A stretch of 35,002 bases of DNA, from positions 8,835,939-8,870,940 of the forward strand of contig JBOZIK010000001.1 of NCBI GenBank assembly GCA_051453625.1, in the 5' to 3' direction. Position numbers and translations under genes: made by a program. Source of the stretch: Welwitschia mirabilis (lineage: Eukaryota). The notes beneath the pieces were generated by a model, which made no database searches, was not told where the DNA came from, and worked only from the letters and a program-made list of their open reading frames with translations. This document shows positions 1 through 12,299 of this stretch, in pieces (the stretch's first letter is position 1; each line of letters begins with the position of its first letter).

Positions 1-699
1 ACAGACCAAGAACATAACAGTCATGATAGAGTAAATCTACTCATTTATCATTCTTGGTTCTAGGTAAGAATAAATGTACTTGTTCAAATGCTCATTTATT
101 TCAAAATGTATAAAATCTATCAATCACAAAACACTAGGAAAAAAATGTTTATTCATAATATAATACACCTATCACATTTACTAATAATTTAAATTAGATG
201 CAAAATATATTATTATGTCCTAGATTTTGACATAAAAACCTTCTAAAATAATGTTTATCATTTTATGGTAAATTATGAAAATTATAAAATAAGATTATTT
301 TAAAATGCCATCTTATTTTAACAAGGGCTTTTAATAAGGATAGTTAATCATTTAACTAAGCACTTAATATACTTAATATTCAAGTACTTAACATTTACAA
401 AATATGGGATATGATAGGAGATTAGAAATTATGGCTCTGCTCCTTTCAATCTTTTTATTTTAATAATGTAATATGCAGAAAAAGAAAAAGCATGTTAGGA
501 AAAACCATCAAGAAAACTTTATAAAAGGCATCTTTAATCCATTATTAAAAAGTAAAAAATCTTAAGAAAATCCTTTTCAATATCAATATATCTAAGAGAT
601 TAAACCATCTTCTATAATCTCAGAGATACCTCCTTCTTTACCTTTTACAAATACCATCTAAACTCTTATGCCTCCTTCTACTAAAACTATAGAAAATCA

Positions 700-1650
700 T
701 ATCCAACAGATAATGGACACTAACAATTCTATAAATCCTCAGGAGAATAGTATGGGAAGAACATAAATAAAAATATCTCAAATAATAATTAAGAAATTCA
801 TGATCTAATCAATTTATCTAATGGATGAGAAGTAGCAATCAAAAACTTGTTATCCTTTCCTAAATATATAAGAAGAGATTTATATTATCTTCTTTAATTT
901 ATCATTTATTTATACTAATTTATAAGGATTTTAGGAAAACTTGTAGATGATGGCTTAATTTTTTATCCTTTTTAAGATGTCTATGCAAAACAGTTTTGAG
1001 AATTAGTTTATGAATTAACCCATTATCCAATTACCACTGAGAAATATATGGAAGAAGCATTCTTAAATTATTTTGTAAGGAATAATAAAATAAAAAATTT
1101 CAAAAAATGAATCACTAGTATAAGAAAAGAAAATAGAAAGGAATCTTATGTCACCACACATGAGATATATACATTGTATGTGGCTAAGTAACTATTAAAT
1201 TGTTTAAAGAACTAGCAACTTATTGATTTTTTTCCCTCCTTGTGAAGGATTATATCCTCTAATTAGGAAAATGGTTGATTTTACATATGGATATGATATT
1301 ACTAATGTACATATTGATAAAGGACAAAGTAAATTATAACTTTTAAAAGAATAAAGCAACTAATGGTAAGTAATAAAAACTAGTATTCTTGCATTGAGAA
1401 AATAAAATTAAGGAAGCCAGAATCTACCAAACAAATGCATCTAATTAAAACATGAATTTAACACATTCTAACAATGATTTAACTTAATCTTTAGAGAGAA
1501 TGAGTTAAACTCTAACTACCACTAAACTAGACAAAAAAATAGAACATTATCTTATGAAATTTTCTGCCATTTATATGAAAATAATCACCAACTTGAAGAT
1601 TGTCATGCACTTCATTTTATAGATATTTCTTCCAAGAGGAATTTTTCATA
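700..1650 (+). mobile_element. Decayed Ty3/Gypsy gag relic (Tat/Ogre-like)
   Basis: Stop-ridden translation gives 'LSFPKY...ELVYELTHYPITTEKYMEEAFLNYF' (resembles the Retrotrans_gag W..L....I.TW..M..AFL..F pattern) and 'FCHLYENNHQLEDCHAL' at ~1561-1612 (resembles the Tat/Ogre CxxHxxxxHxTEDC knuckle). Boundaries approximate. Confidence 0.45.
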
Positions 1651-1849
1651 ATAAATCAAGCCTACAATAATATTCCTTCTAGATCTAGATTAACACACAA
1701 ATATGACATTTATCTCAAGTAATTAAGATTTATTTAGCATGGTCAAGTTATACTTTTTATGGATTTATGCATTTAGTTTGATTAATACTATTAAAATCAT
1801 AATTTACTAATAGTTGTCCTCCACATTATGATTTTTTAGATTTTTAACA

Positions 1850-4400
1850 AGCTAAAGAACCAATCTATAGAATCAAAGAAGGTGCCTTCCTAGAATGCTA
1901 CTAGTGCTAATGAAACCTAATAGTAGCATTGGTCCTATTGATCCTTTGATCTTTATTCTTATGCTTTGAGATTTTTTTGAATGTTAAATCATTTAATCTA
2001 CTTAGTAAACTAATCTAGGGAAGCTTATTTTTATGTAAATTTGCAAAACCCTTGATCTAAACCTATTTTTTAATGTATAAAACGCCACCTTGGCCTCACT
2101 TCTAAGGTTACTGATGATTAGACAATTTTTAAACATTATATCTTTCTTTTAAGATTTTTTGTCAAGGATGAGCTACCCCTTCAAGGCTAGCATAATATTT
2201 CAAGCTTTAACTTTAATCTCTCTTTGATGTAGTTTTTATTATATTCATGCAATAAACACTAGAATCTATTTAGTTTAGTTTCTTAGTTTCAAGTGTGTAG
2301 GTTTTTTGTACTTATAATTCTTGATATAGATTAAAGTATTTGTTAAGCATTTCTATATTTTTAAGTGATTCTCTGAGTTAATCTATTATTGCTATAAGTT
2401 AATCTACTTTAGGAGTTATCTCCTATTTTTCATGCTTTTGAAGTAAACTATGAATGATTTAGAGTCTTCATCACTACTAATATGGTAAATGAGATTATGT
2501 CACCATGCTTGAGCTTCAATGGACACTTAACATGATTCCTCTAAAATAGTCATATAATAAGTCTATTTTCATTAAACATTTTAGTCATTATAATTATGAT
2601 TATCCTTGATATTAAGCATATGCATCTTCCCTAGCTTAGTCTATTTGTTTAATAATATTCTTTCTCTTTTACAATTTTTTTAATATTCAATTACTTTGTG
2701 ATAATTATAGATTTAGTTTTGTGCAAAGATTTTCTATTTTTACTATTGCGTTTATCTTTTGGAAAGAATGATACTAGGGCTATACTTTAAATGGATTTCC
2801 TAGTTTTATTAGTAAAATTTAGGTTTCTCTTTTCTTAAATTTATATTCTAGGATGAACTTTTAAACTAATAATATTTATAATGATATAAAATGTAGTAAA
2901 AACTAATTCATAATAGCTTTTTGACACTATTTCCAAGGATTAATGGCATGGTAGTTATAGTGGGATACACAAACATTTCCGTTTTTGGTCTTTCTCTTTC
3001 CTTCCCTTTTGATACTAATCCATTTTTAGTGCTTTCTTTATTTTTCTTTTTCTAATGGATGGTACTGATCTCTTCTAGTAGAACCTAAGGTGATTTTATT
3101 TTCCTTTTTCTTTCTTTTTATACCAGTACTCTTCAAATATTCTTTTTCTTTTCTTTTTTGTAATTTACATTTCAGAATTTTTATTTGAGTACTTTACATT
3201 CTTGTAATTAATATTTCCAGTAATTTTATTTTTTATATCAATCTATTTCTAATGCCTTTTTCTTTTTATTTATAGCATTTATTTCTTTTCTTTATTACAA
3301 ATTAAAAATTTTCATGTAGGACTAATCTATTTTTATAGGTTTTCAAAGAGTAGATATTTTTGTTGATTTTCTTCTCACTTCTCACCTCTTCTTTCGTTCC
3401 CTCTTTTCTCNNNNNNNNNNNNNNNNNNNNNNNNNNNNNNNNNNNNNNNNNNNNNNNNNNNNNNNNNNNNNNNNNNNNNNNNNNNNNNNNNNNNNNNNNN
3501 NNNNNNNNNNTTGTTGATTTTCTTCTCACTTCTCCCCTCTTCTTTCGTTCCCTCTTTCCTCCCCTCCTTCCCCAACCTCTTTCATAGGTTTTAAAGATAT
3601 CGAGGGAGAAAGCCCAAAAATCTTTGTTTTATAGGGTTTTCTTTTTCAATTCCTTTTACATTTCATTTTACTTCCTTGAATCACATTTTCCACTCTTGCA
3701 TTGTTATTTTTACATTTCCAGGAGCCGTAGGTTTTATATCCATCATTTTCTACATTTGCATTACATTTAGAATTTTTGTTTTCCATTATATACATTTTTC
3801 ATTCTATCATGTTTTTCTTTCATTCATCATCTCATCTTTTTATCATTCTTGAGTCTAGTCTTTTACAATTTTTTTAACAATGTTTTCCTTACTTGACTAG
3901 TGCCACCACCTCTCCTCAGCGATAACATTATCTTTCTTATGTTTCTCACCCTTCAATTTTTATAGAATTATCCTTAAATCTTATTAAGTCAATTTGTTAC
4001 TCTAGTAAATCTTAAACATTAGTAAAAATGCATGTTTTGGTAATGTAGGTTAGAGGGGAAATTACACTAAAATTATTTTAATCTCAACATAAATCCAAAA
4101 ATGACACAGTAATGTGGATCCTATTCTATAAGTTATTTACAAGATAAAAACAACATGAACCAATAATTTTTGTCACATTATTAATCCAAATTTTCTAAAA
4201 ATATTTTTAGTTCACTTTAAAATAGCATGTTGGTTCCCTTCTTTAATTTCTAGACCTTTTATTAACTCTTTTTCAAGTTTCACTTCGAAATCCTTATTAA
4301 GGCCACATTAGTATCACTTGAAATGAAGTACGATGAGTCCCATCTTAAATTCCTTTTTTGAATTTTTAAAATCAAAGGTTTGTCCTTGGATATCATTTTT
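1850..4400 (-). mobile_element. Very decayed retroelement relic, possibly LINE ORF1 plus start of ORF2
   Basis: The minus strand is purine/Lys-rich. There is weak resemblance to LINE ORF1 near 3860-4200 and to an endonuclease N-terminus ('YNYHAINPWK...ILEYK') near 2830-2960. Motifs are too degenerate to be sure. Confidence 0.25.
3411..3510. other. Assembly gap (100 N)
   Basis: Run of N. The ~50 bp on each side (3360-3410 and 3511-3561) are near-identical. Confidence 0.98.
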
Positions 4401-5199
4401 TTTAATTTTATTAATTATTTTGCTCTTACAAATTTTTTTATTATTTGATTTTAATACTAATTTTAATATTCAGATGTCTTAAAATTCTAAGATTAGAAAT
4501 GTACATTAATTATTTAATGAAAATGCATGAAAAAAGAAAATTCAACTGCAAGGATAACTAAAATAGACATACAAGAAAATGGAAAAAGAGAAAAAAATTA
4601 GAAAAGAACTCCTTTCAACCACAAACTTCCAATGTCAAGGGCATTTTAACTTGACAAACTAGGAAAGAGAATCTGCCTTCATGATTTTATTTCTAAGAAT
4701 ATTAAGTGGCTAAGCTAGATTTGTTAAATATTGCAAGTTTATAGCCAACCCATTCTATCCTATGCCTTAACTAGATCATCCTTTTAACATTGACCAAGGG
4801 CTTTAAGTTACATTTGTATCTTTTCTACAAAGGTGACATTTCTTGAATAAATAGTGACAACTTATAACTTGTTAAGTTATAACTAATAAATAATTATTCA
4901 TGTCAACTCATTTTATTCATAATGAATGTTTCATTTATTTAATAAGTAATATTTATTAAGTAAATAATTAGCTATCTCTCAACATTATAATTCACAGTAG
5001 GTAACAATTTCAAATTTATAAAGGGAATTAAAGACTTGTAAGTTTTACATTAGTTTATTAGGCACATATTAAGGAGATAGTTTATTTTTTGTTTTTTTTC
5101 CTTATAAGAACATATTTTTATCTTCTTTATTAGGGCATGTCTTTAGTTTTTCACATGAGGAATGCCTTTATTTTTCCTCAAGGTGGCATGTCTATTGAG

Positions 5200-5585
5200 A
5201 GTAGCTCCATCTATAAAGGACAAGATACTTTATACTGAAATAATTTATCTTTAATTTCTCTGATATAATTATAAGGTATACTGTTTACTATTACATTTTT
5301 CTTTCTTCTTTTCTTCATGCATTTTTGCCTCTTGATTTGTCTAACATAGTTATCCAATAGGCACTATTTTCTTCTCTTTTGTTGTAGCTCATGATAGGTC
5401 CATCTGATATAAAGGACAATATTCTTTACATGTAATTATTCATCCTCAATTTCTCTAATACACATAGAAGGTTACCTTTTCTTATTACTTTTCTTTCTAT
5501 CTATCTTCATGCATTTTCACCTCTTAATTCAACTAACACAATTAGATAATAGGAATTGTTTTATTCTCTTTCGTCTTAGCTCATT
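5200..5585. repeat. Diverged tandem duplication, unit ~192-195 bp, 2 copies
   Basis: Shared anchors: ATAAAGGACA at 5213/5408, CTTCATGCATTTT at 5313/5505, TAGCTCAT at 5385/5577. Confidence 0.85.
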
Positions 5586-8500
5586 TTTCACTTCAACTTC
5601 ACTTAGAAAAGTTTCAATCATAACTTTGTGTTTTGGCTTGTTATCCACTTTACTCTAACAAAAAGTCCTTGAACTAAAAAATAAAAAAATTCAATCATTT
5701 TTTCCCTTAATCTTTTACTTTAATCCATGCTAGTACCCTAATGCATTACATTTAAAATCCATCATTTCTTTCAATCATGACTGATCCATGATTTCTTCAA
5801 AAAAAATTTAATTAACTTGAATTTCATTATTCCTTTGAATGTCCTTTTCATTCTTTCAAATTTCTCTAGCCTTTCACTTTTTCCTTCTTTTTCATATTTT
5901 AACTCTATTATTTTATTCCATAAACTAGATTATCTTTAGTTGAATTTAATATATTACTTTTTCTTTCTATCCGTCTCTTCTAATTTTTACCCCATCTCAT
6001 TAGATTTCTTTGAGATTTCATTTATCATATCTCAAATCCTAATCCTTTAAGTTCTTATTCTTCCTTTCAAATTCTTTCTCTTCCAACCTTTTCATAAATT
6101 TAATATCACATAATTCCTCATAATTTCTTCCTCCTTTATCTTTTAAAATTTTTTTGAGGGAATATGAGCCATTTATGGTAAAACTCCTTTTCCTTTCACC
6201 CTTCCATGGCATCACACCCTCCTTTCTTATGCCTTTTTATCCCATCTTAGTGTCTCTAAATTATCTCGCATTTATAAATCCTTGTTTTGTACTTGAATTT
6301 CCTACATGAAATCTTGATCTTTTCTCTTAAACCTTGTTTTCACACCTCCTTCCTCTTCTTTCTCTACTTCTCTCTCTCTCTCCCTTTCTTTCTTTCACCC
6401 GTTATTCTCCTTTCTTTTTCTACATTCTTCTCCTTTTCTGATATCACTTCATTAACTTGTTTTCATCTAATCTTACCTTACCTTTGTTTATCAAATAAGG
6501 GCATTATCCATTTTTTAAGGAGGCACTTCTCTATTTTATTTTATGTACTAAAAAGACCTCCTTTAATAATGAATCTCTAATTTCCATTATTAACATTTCT
6601 TTTGTTAAAATTCAGCAACAAGATTGTGTTATATCTTTTACATATAATGCATAATTGCAATTTCTTTTATAATTTCATTTTGAGGCCTATAAAGTTTATT
6701 TAATTACTGAGCTCTAATTTTTTCATGAATATTCTATATTATTAATTTTAACATTTGATTCCATTAATGTGTTTTAAATGGAAAATAAGAAAGAATGAAA
6801 AATCAAAATATTTTCCTTCATCTCCTTTGTAAACTAGAATAAGGATCAAGAAGAAGCAAGAGTAAAATCCTTGCTGAAAAGAAGGATTAATATAATAAGT
6901 TCTTGCTTCAAGGAAAATTGATTCAACTCTAATTCTTAAAGATGTCACCCCACCTCAAAATAGACATACTACCTACATCTTTAAAAATTTTGAAATTCAA
7001 TAAGAAGAGTTAGAGAGGAAGCAAATAGAAGAACAAGAAGTAAACAATATATTCAAGAAAAGACATATATTAAAAAATAAATATTTATTAATGAAACTAG
7101 CTTTTTTTTGAATGGATAGTTTGATTTATTATTCTTCACATTATACTCAGAGATGAGTCAAAAAATAGTACTTGTTAACTACCAATGGGGGTTTTTACCT
7201 TTTTGAAATTAGAGATTTGTATAGATATAAGTACATAAAAGGTCAAACCACTAGTGATTCCTTTTTAGCCATCAAATTTAATCATCATGAAGATCACATA
7301 TTTAACATTATGCATCTCAATAACTTGTCTTCCAAATTTGTGAAAATGATCACCATAGGGAATTCGAATGTTTAAAAGAGGGGATTCAATAAAAAATTAA
7401 TTAAAAGGATACTTTAAAATAATAATCTTATGAACGTCAAAAGGATGTGTTATAAACTTTCTTTACTCCTCTTTATTACCTTATCTTTTAGACCATCATT
7501 TAAAACATTCTTCTAGTTTCACACATTTACATAACAATGATCTAACATCTTCATATTGTGAACTACATTGCCTTTGATGAATATGTAAAATTATCCAAAT
7601 TTATTCGATAGAATTAAAAAGATGCTAAATCTAAACGAGGTTTAAAGATTACCTTTCCCTTGCCTTTTAGATAAACTCTTTATAGTTTATCAAATTTCTA
7701 CACCATAGAGTGAAGAAAGGATAACTTCTTTTACACTAAATGTAAGTCTTTTAAATAAGTATGAAATAGTAGAGAATAAATAGGATGAGGGGAATAAGCA
7801 ACGATCTTAAAGGATTATGGCTTTACACTTAGATTATCAAAATAATGTATTGGCCATTCTTCAAAAACCTAAGAATGAATAGAAATAAATTGAAAATGGA
7901 TAAAGGAAGATTAAAATAACTAAAGGTAGTTAGAGGAAAGATAATAAGAAATCATTAAAGAACTTCATAAGATAAAATAAAAAGAAGTTAATGATAACAT
8001 GAAAATTTAACTTGAATTTAGAAACATCAAGGACAAAATGAAATCTAAACCTAAAGAAAATGGAAAAGATTATTATGCATATTTTGAAAGATACTAAAGA
8101 AATGATTAATTAAAGTAATGAGAGCTTTGATAGTATTGTTCCACTATATGATGTTAAGGTATGGCCTTCACATTCACTGTTAACTAAAGGCTTCTACATG
8201 GTAGTAGGGGAAATAGTAAAACTAGCAAAGGAATTCCAAAAATGTAAGGATTCCTCATGATAATATTTTGGAGGCCATGAAACTGCCTAAGAAGAAATTA
8301 ATGCTTGACCTATAAAAATATCCATTTTTAAATAATTTTTAATTTAGATTTGTTGTTAGAAATCTCAATTTCTAGGTTAACTAGTTATCTTTACTTATAT
8401 GATTTAAATTTCTAAAATTTAACTCTTTTTCATTTATTTTTCTCAACTTTTTACTTTTTACTAGAACTTCAATAGGACTTTGTTCTATTAAAAAGTTAAA

Positions 8501-9675
8501 CATTTAATATTTTATTACTTACATGTTTAAAACTTTGCTAAGCAAACACCTTGTAAAATCCTAGAGAAAAGTGATTAGAAGACATAAGCTATTACATAAT
8601 CATGCAAATCTTAGTTAAATCCTAGTCAAGTCCTACTCAAAATTGGATAGAGACCATTTTCCCTAGCAAATATCTAGTTAACTTTCAATGAAGATCAAAG
8701 GAATAAAATGTTATGAGTAAAAAAAATTACGACTTTTACCTAATGAACTTAGAATGAACTCTTAGTGAAGTTTAGTACTCAAAAGATAATTACATAAAAA
8801 TTATCACTTTTTCCTTAGTGAACTCTTAGTCAAGTTTCATCCACAGTTGTTTTTTAATTAAAAATGAAAAATTCAAATTGTAAACTTCATTTAATCTAAA
8901 GATGATACTTGTATAGACTTTTATACATTGTAATAACTAATCGAAGCCTATTGCTAGGATACAAAGGTCTGGGACCATGGTCATGTGCCTTAGGATCTAT
9001 TTTTCTTAGGAAACCTTACATTTATCTTGTTTTTATCTCACCTCATCTTGTTGCAACACTTGGCCAAATCTTGATCACTCATTCAAACTTTTGTTGAGCC
9101 TTAGTTAACTGTGGGTCCTTTCTATAGTGATCTCGTGTTTCCTTTTCTCCACTATGAGTTCGCTGCAAGCTCTCTTGTTCACTCCACTCCACTCTACTAG
9201 ACTTTAGTTCACTTGTCTTCTTTTACGCACTGCCACTTTGTAGACCTAGTTAAGTGCATGACATTGACTATTTAATACCAGCAAGCTCTAATGAATAAGA
9301 TGATGAAATGCTCTTGTTTCTAAAAATCTCTTTTCCTCAATTATAATTTGCAACTAATATCATAAATTTGTAGACTTTCCATTAGAGCTTCTTAGGTATT
9401 CTTAAGCTACTTTAAGCTTTTTGTGGCCTCCACTAATTACGTAGACTCTTGGAGCTTCTAGGGCCCCTTCTTGGGCCTTCTTTTGGCTTTTTTGAAGTCA
9501 TCTTTTTTTAATTATTTTCTACATTTTCTTTAAAAGGATTTCTATCTTTTTTAGAAATGGTTCTCCTGTTAAAATAGTGTTCATTAAAGTTTTTCTATTT
9601 AAAAAATAATTATATAAATCATATAATATTGCATTTTAAAAGGCTTTTTTTACCTTTTTTTAAAAAAAAGGGGAG

Positions 9676-10470
9676 GTCGACATTGAATTTTTTAAACTGG
9701 TTGACAAGCGCCTTCCGTTAGCCAACCTACACTTCCCAACTCCCGTCCGCCAAGCTTTTGCCGTTGCGCTCCTAGCCTTCGTACTTGCTGACTTCCTGCT
9801 TGTTGCCTGCCTGCGATCTCCCTTGCTGCCTTCCTGCTAACGCTGCATACCTGCCTGCAGCTGGCTACTGCGCCACGCTTCTGTTACTAGCACGCTCTCC
9901 TATAATCTGTGTCAGGCTCCCCACCATTCTGAACTTGGCTTATCGTTGCGCAGTTGTCATCCTTCACATCTATGTAGATCCTCGGCCGTGGAATGCTGCT
10001 TGCGTAGAACTTCGCTGGACTTAATCGTAACGCACCTACCACTAACCTTTCTTTACCGTTGCCCGGTTCCATTGTGATTAGCTATCTACAGCGGCTGTTT
10101 TTCATATGGTGGCGGCTTTTCCAGCAATCTCCTTGTTGCCGCTCCTTTTCATCCACGCTACGTTTCATCTTGTACTGGCCACTTCCTTCTTACACTCTGC
10201 CGTCTGTCCTACGGGTGTGCCTTCTGAGCTATTTTTGCTGGTGTGCCCACTGCCGGATCTCTCATTGTGTCTTCCTGAGCCCGTTGCGGTAAATCCCGAT
10301 CCTCTTATGGTTTCGAGTATAAGTCTGCCTCCCACCTGTCGGTGACCTGATCTGATCTTTCTCTTCGTCTATCTACCAAGATGGTTGGATTCGATCCAAA
10401 ACCCTGCCACCCAAGATTTGATTCACTGCAGATGGTAACACTCGAAAAACTGTATATTTTAACTGCTACG
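9676..10470 (+). promoter_or_regulatory. CpG/GC-rich island; candidate unmethylated promoter or 5' exon
   Basis: About 40 CpGs in ~800 bp by hand count, against very few in the flanking TE relics. The + strand is pyrimidine-rich, followed by a donor-like GATG|GTAACA (GT at 10435) and T-rich sequence. Confidence 0.5.
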
Positions 10471-10494
10471 ACCTTGCTTTTGCTAGCTGGTGGC

Positions 10495-10536
10495 TTGGTG
10501 TAGTGGTGCCTTTTTTTGGTGTAGTGGTGCCTTTTT
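10495..10536. repeat. Short tandem duplication TTGGTGTAGTGGTGCCTTTTT x2
   Basis: Directly visible. Confidence 0.9.
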
Positions 10537-10675
10537 CTAAGGGTTTTGAGTTTTCTTGAACATTTTCTACTCTTGTAAGCCTAAAACTCACTCTTTTGAG
10601 CCTTTCCTAGTGCTTTTTCAAGGTTTTTTTGTATTTTTTCCATTATTGTAAGCCTGTAAGCTTTAAAGTTTTTCC

Positions 10676-10720
10676 ATCAAGTCAAGTTCATGATGAGAAG
10701 CAGGATCCACTTGACTTGAT
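10676..10720. repeat. Perfect 12-bp inverted repeat with 21-nt loop
   Basis: ATCAAGTCAAGT (10676-10687) and ACTTGACTTGAT (10709-10720). Confidence 0.9.
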
Positions 10721-11049
10721 TTTTTCATGTTATAAGACTTAGCTTTGTGATTTGGACAGATTAATCTAATTTGGGATGTTGTGCAAGATCCACTTATCTT
10801 AACTATATAAAATTAGACCCTGTTTTGTGTGAGTTTTTGTGTGTTTTGTTGGTTTTTCTCTTGATTTTTCCCACACTTAAAATTTTAAGTTTAATATTTT
10901 GTCTAAAGCTTTTAGAAAAAAATTACTAATCACCTTAAACACTTAACACATTCACTAATAATACATCTTGGTTGGTGATGGGCATGAGGAGCCTTACATA
11001 GCCAGAAATCTGTATTGGGCTTTACGTTACTTTTTGAAGCTTACTGCAT

Positions 11050-11900
11050 AGTCTTAACTACCATAACTATAGTATGAAGAGCCATGTTTCTCTTAATTGG
11101 AAACATCCTAGGTGCCTCAAGATCTAGATTCCTGTGTATGCCTTAGTAGTCGAAGTTATAGTAGGTGAAGGCTAAAGGTACACTAGTAGGGTCCACTTGG
11201 ATGTCATCATCAACAGAATACAAGATTAATAAAAACTTAAGATTTACCAAGTTTGAGGCATAACTAGATCACCAAAATTGCATAGTATTTTCCCTTAACG
11301 AAGGTATAAAGTTGAGGTAATTGAAATTAGCCAAATACATGGATGTTCTACCAATGTGACTCATACTTATTTCCTTATTCCTTTAGGAAAGAAGGGGTAA
11401 TCTTCCTTCAAAGGAACGTGATCACCAATTGGATTTGGAAGCAAATCTAAAATTAACCAATCTGAGCGTTTTCATTACATTAGTCAAATCTAGGCCACGT
11501 CATAAAAATTACCTTACTTAAATTAAGAAATTTTAACAAAAGTCCTTTTATTTTTTCTTTCATTCATGTAGGATTTTGATCATTTGAGGGAAGGGGTTAT
11601 TAACTTTATTACACTTTACATTTGGATTGATCACTTAAATTATGGAAAGATACCCTTTCATTATGACTATACCTCTCCATCGTGACCCTTGTCTTTTGCA
11701 TTTTGACTTAGATAGATTACTTGAAACTGTGGATGAGAGTAAGATCCCTTTTCCTATGAATATAACATTGCCTTCATTTTTTTGTGTTTGTTTTTTAAGT
11801 TTTGACAATATCTCTTTGTGTGGCAGATAGATCGCTTTTAATAATGGATGTAAGCAAGATATCTTTGAAATATAACTTTATCTCATGACTTGTTAAACCT
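11050..11900 (+). mobile_element. Decayed Ty3/Gypsy pol relic (protease-RT linker and RT N-terminus)
   Basis: 'NLPSKERDHQLDLEANLKLTNL' at ~11398-11465 matches the Gypsy LPPxRxxDHxIxL motif. ORF 11642-11830 ('ERYPF...LLHFDL...DESKIPF') weakly tracks RT 'DxYPLP...FSKLDL...DxxKTAF'. Confidence 0.45.
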
Positions 11901-12299
11901 CTTTTATTTCTACCTAGAATTCCTTCTGGATTTAATGTTAAAGTGTAGATTCTAGATCTTGTGAAATAGCTTCACATCAAATTTAACTGTTGGAATCATG
12001 ACCAACCTTATGATGACTTTGCATGATGATTAAAGTTAAAAGAATTAGAATGAAGAGTTCATGTCTACAATGTGCATTTGTAGATTTGATAGAGATTTTT
12101 TCAATAAAACACATGTTCCTCTTTAGAACCAAGATGAAGAAGATGCATGTAAATTCATTGATAATAAGCTCATAGAGATCATGCAAAAATTAATGGCCAC
12201 TCCACATAAAAAGTTGCTAATAAAAGTAAGTCAAGTTATATCAACTATTATACCTTTATAGACACAATTTGAGCAAAGAAAAGGGTTGATTAACCCCAT

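Noticed and set aside
3360-3561. 50-bp direct repeat flanking the first gap, and ORFs running through N runs
   Set aside because: Most likely an unmerged contig overlap or allelic ends. ORFs made of X residues are artefacts.
9785-10345. Four 61-79 aa ORFs in the GC-rich island
   Set aside because: They overlap in several frames, mostly start at non-ATG codons, and show no recognisable domain. Such ORFs are expected by chance at this GC content.
10320-10410. Telomerase-RNA-like words (CTGCCTCCCACC, AAAACCCTG) and a USE-like TCCCACAC at 10869
   Set aside because: The order is wrong (C-rich end precedes the template-like word), there is no CTAAACCCT template, and no USE-TATA pair at the right spacing.
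10688-10708. Box C (ATGATGA) suggesting a C/D snoRNA
   Set aside because: No box D (CTGA) before the closing stem, and far too short.
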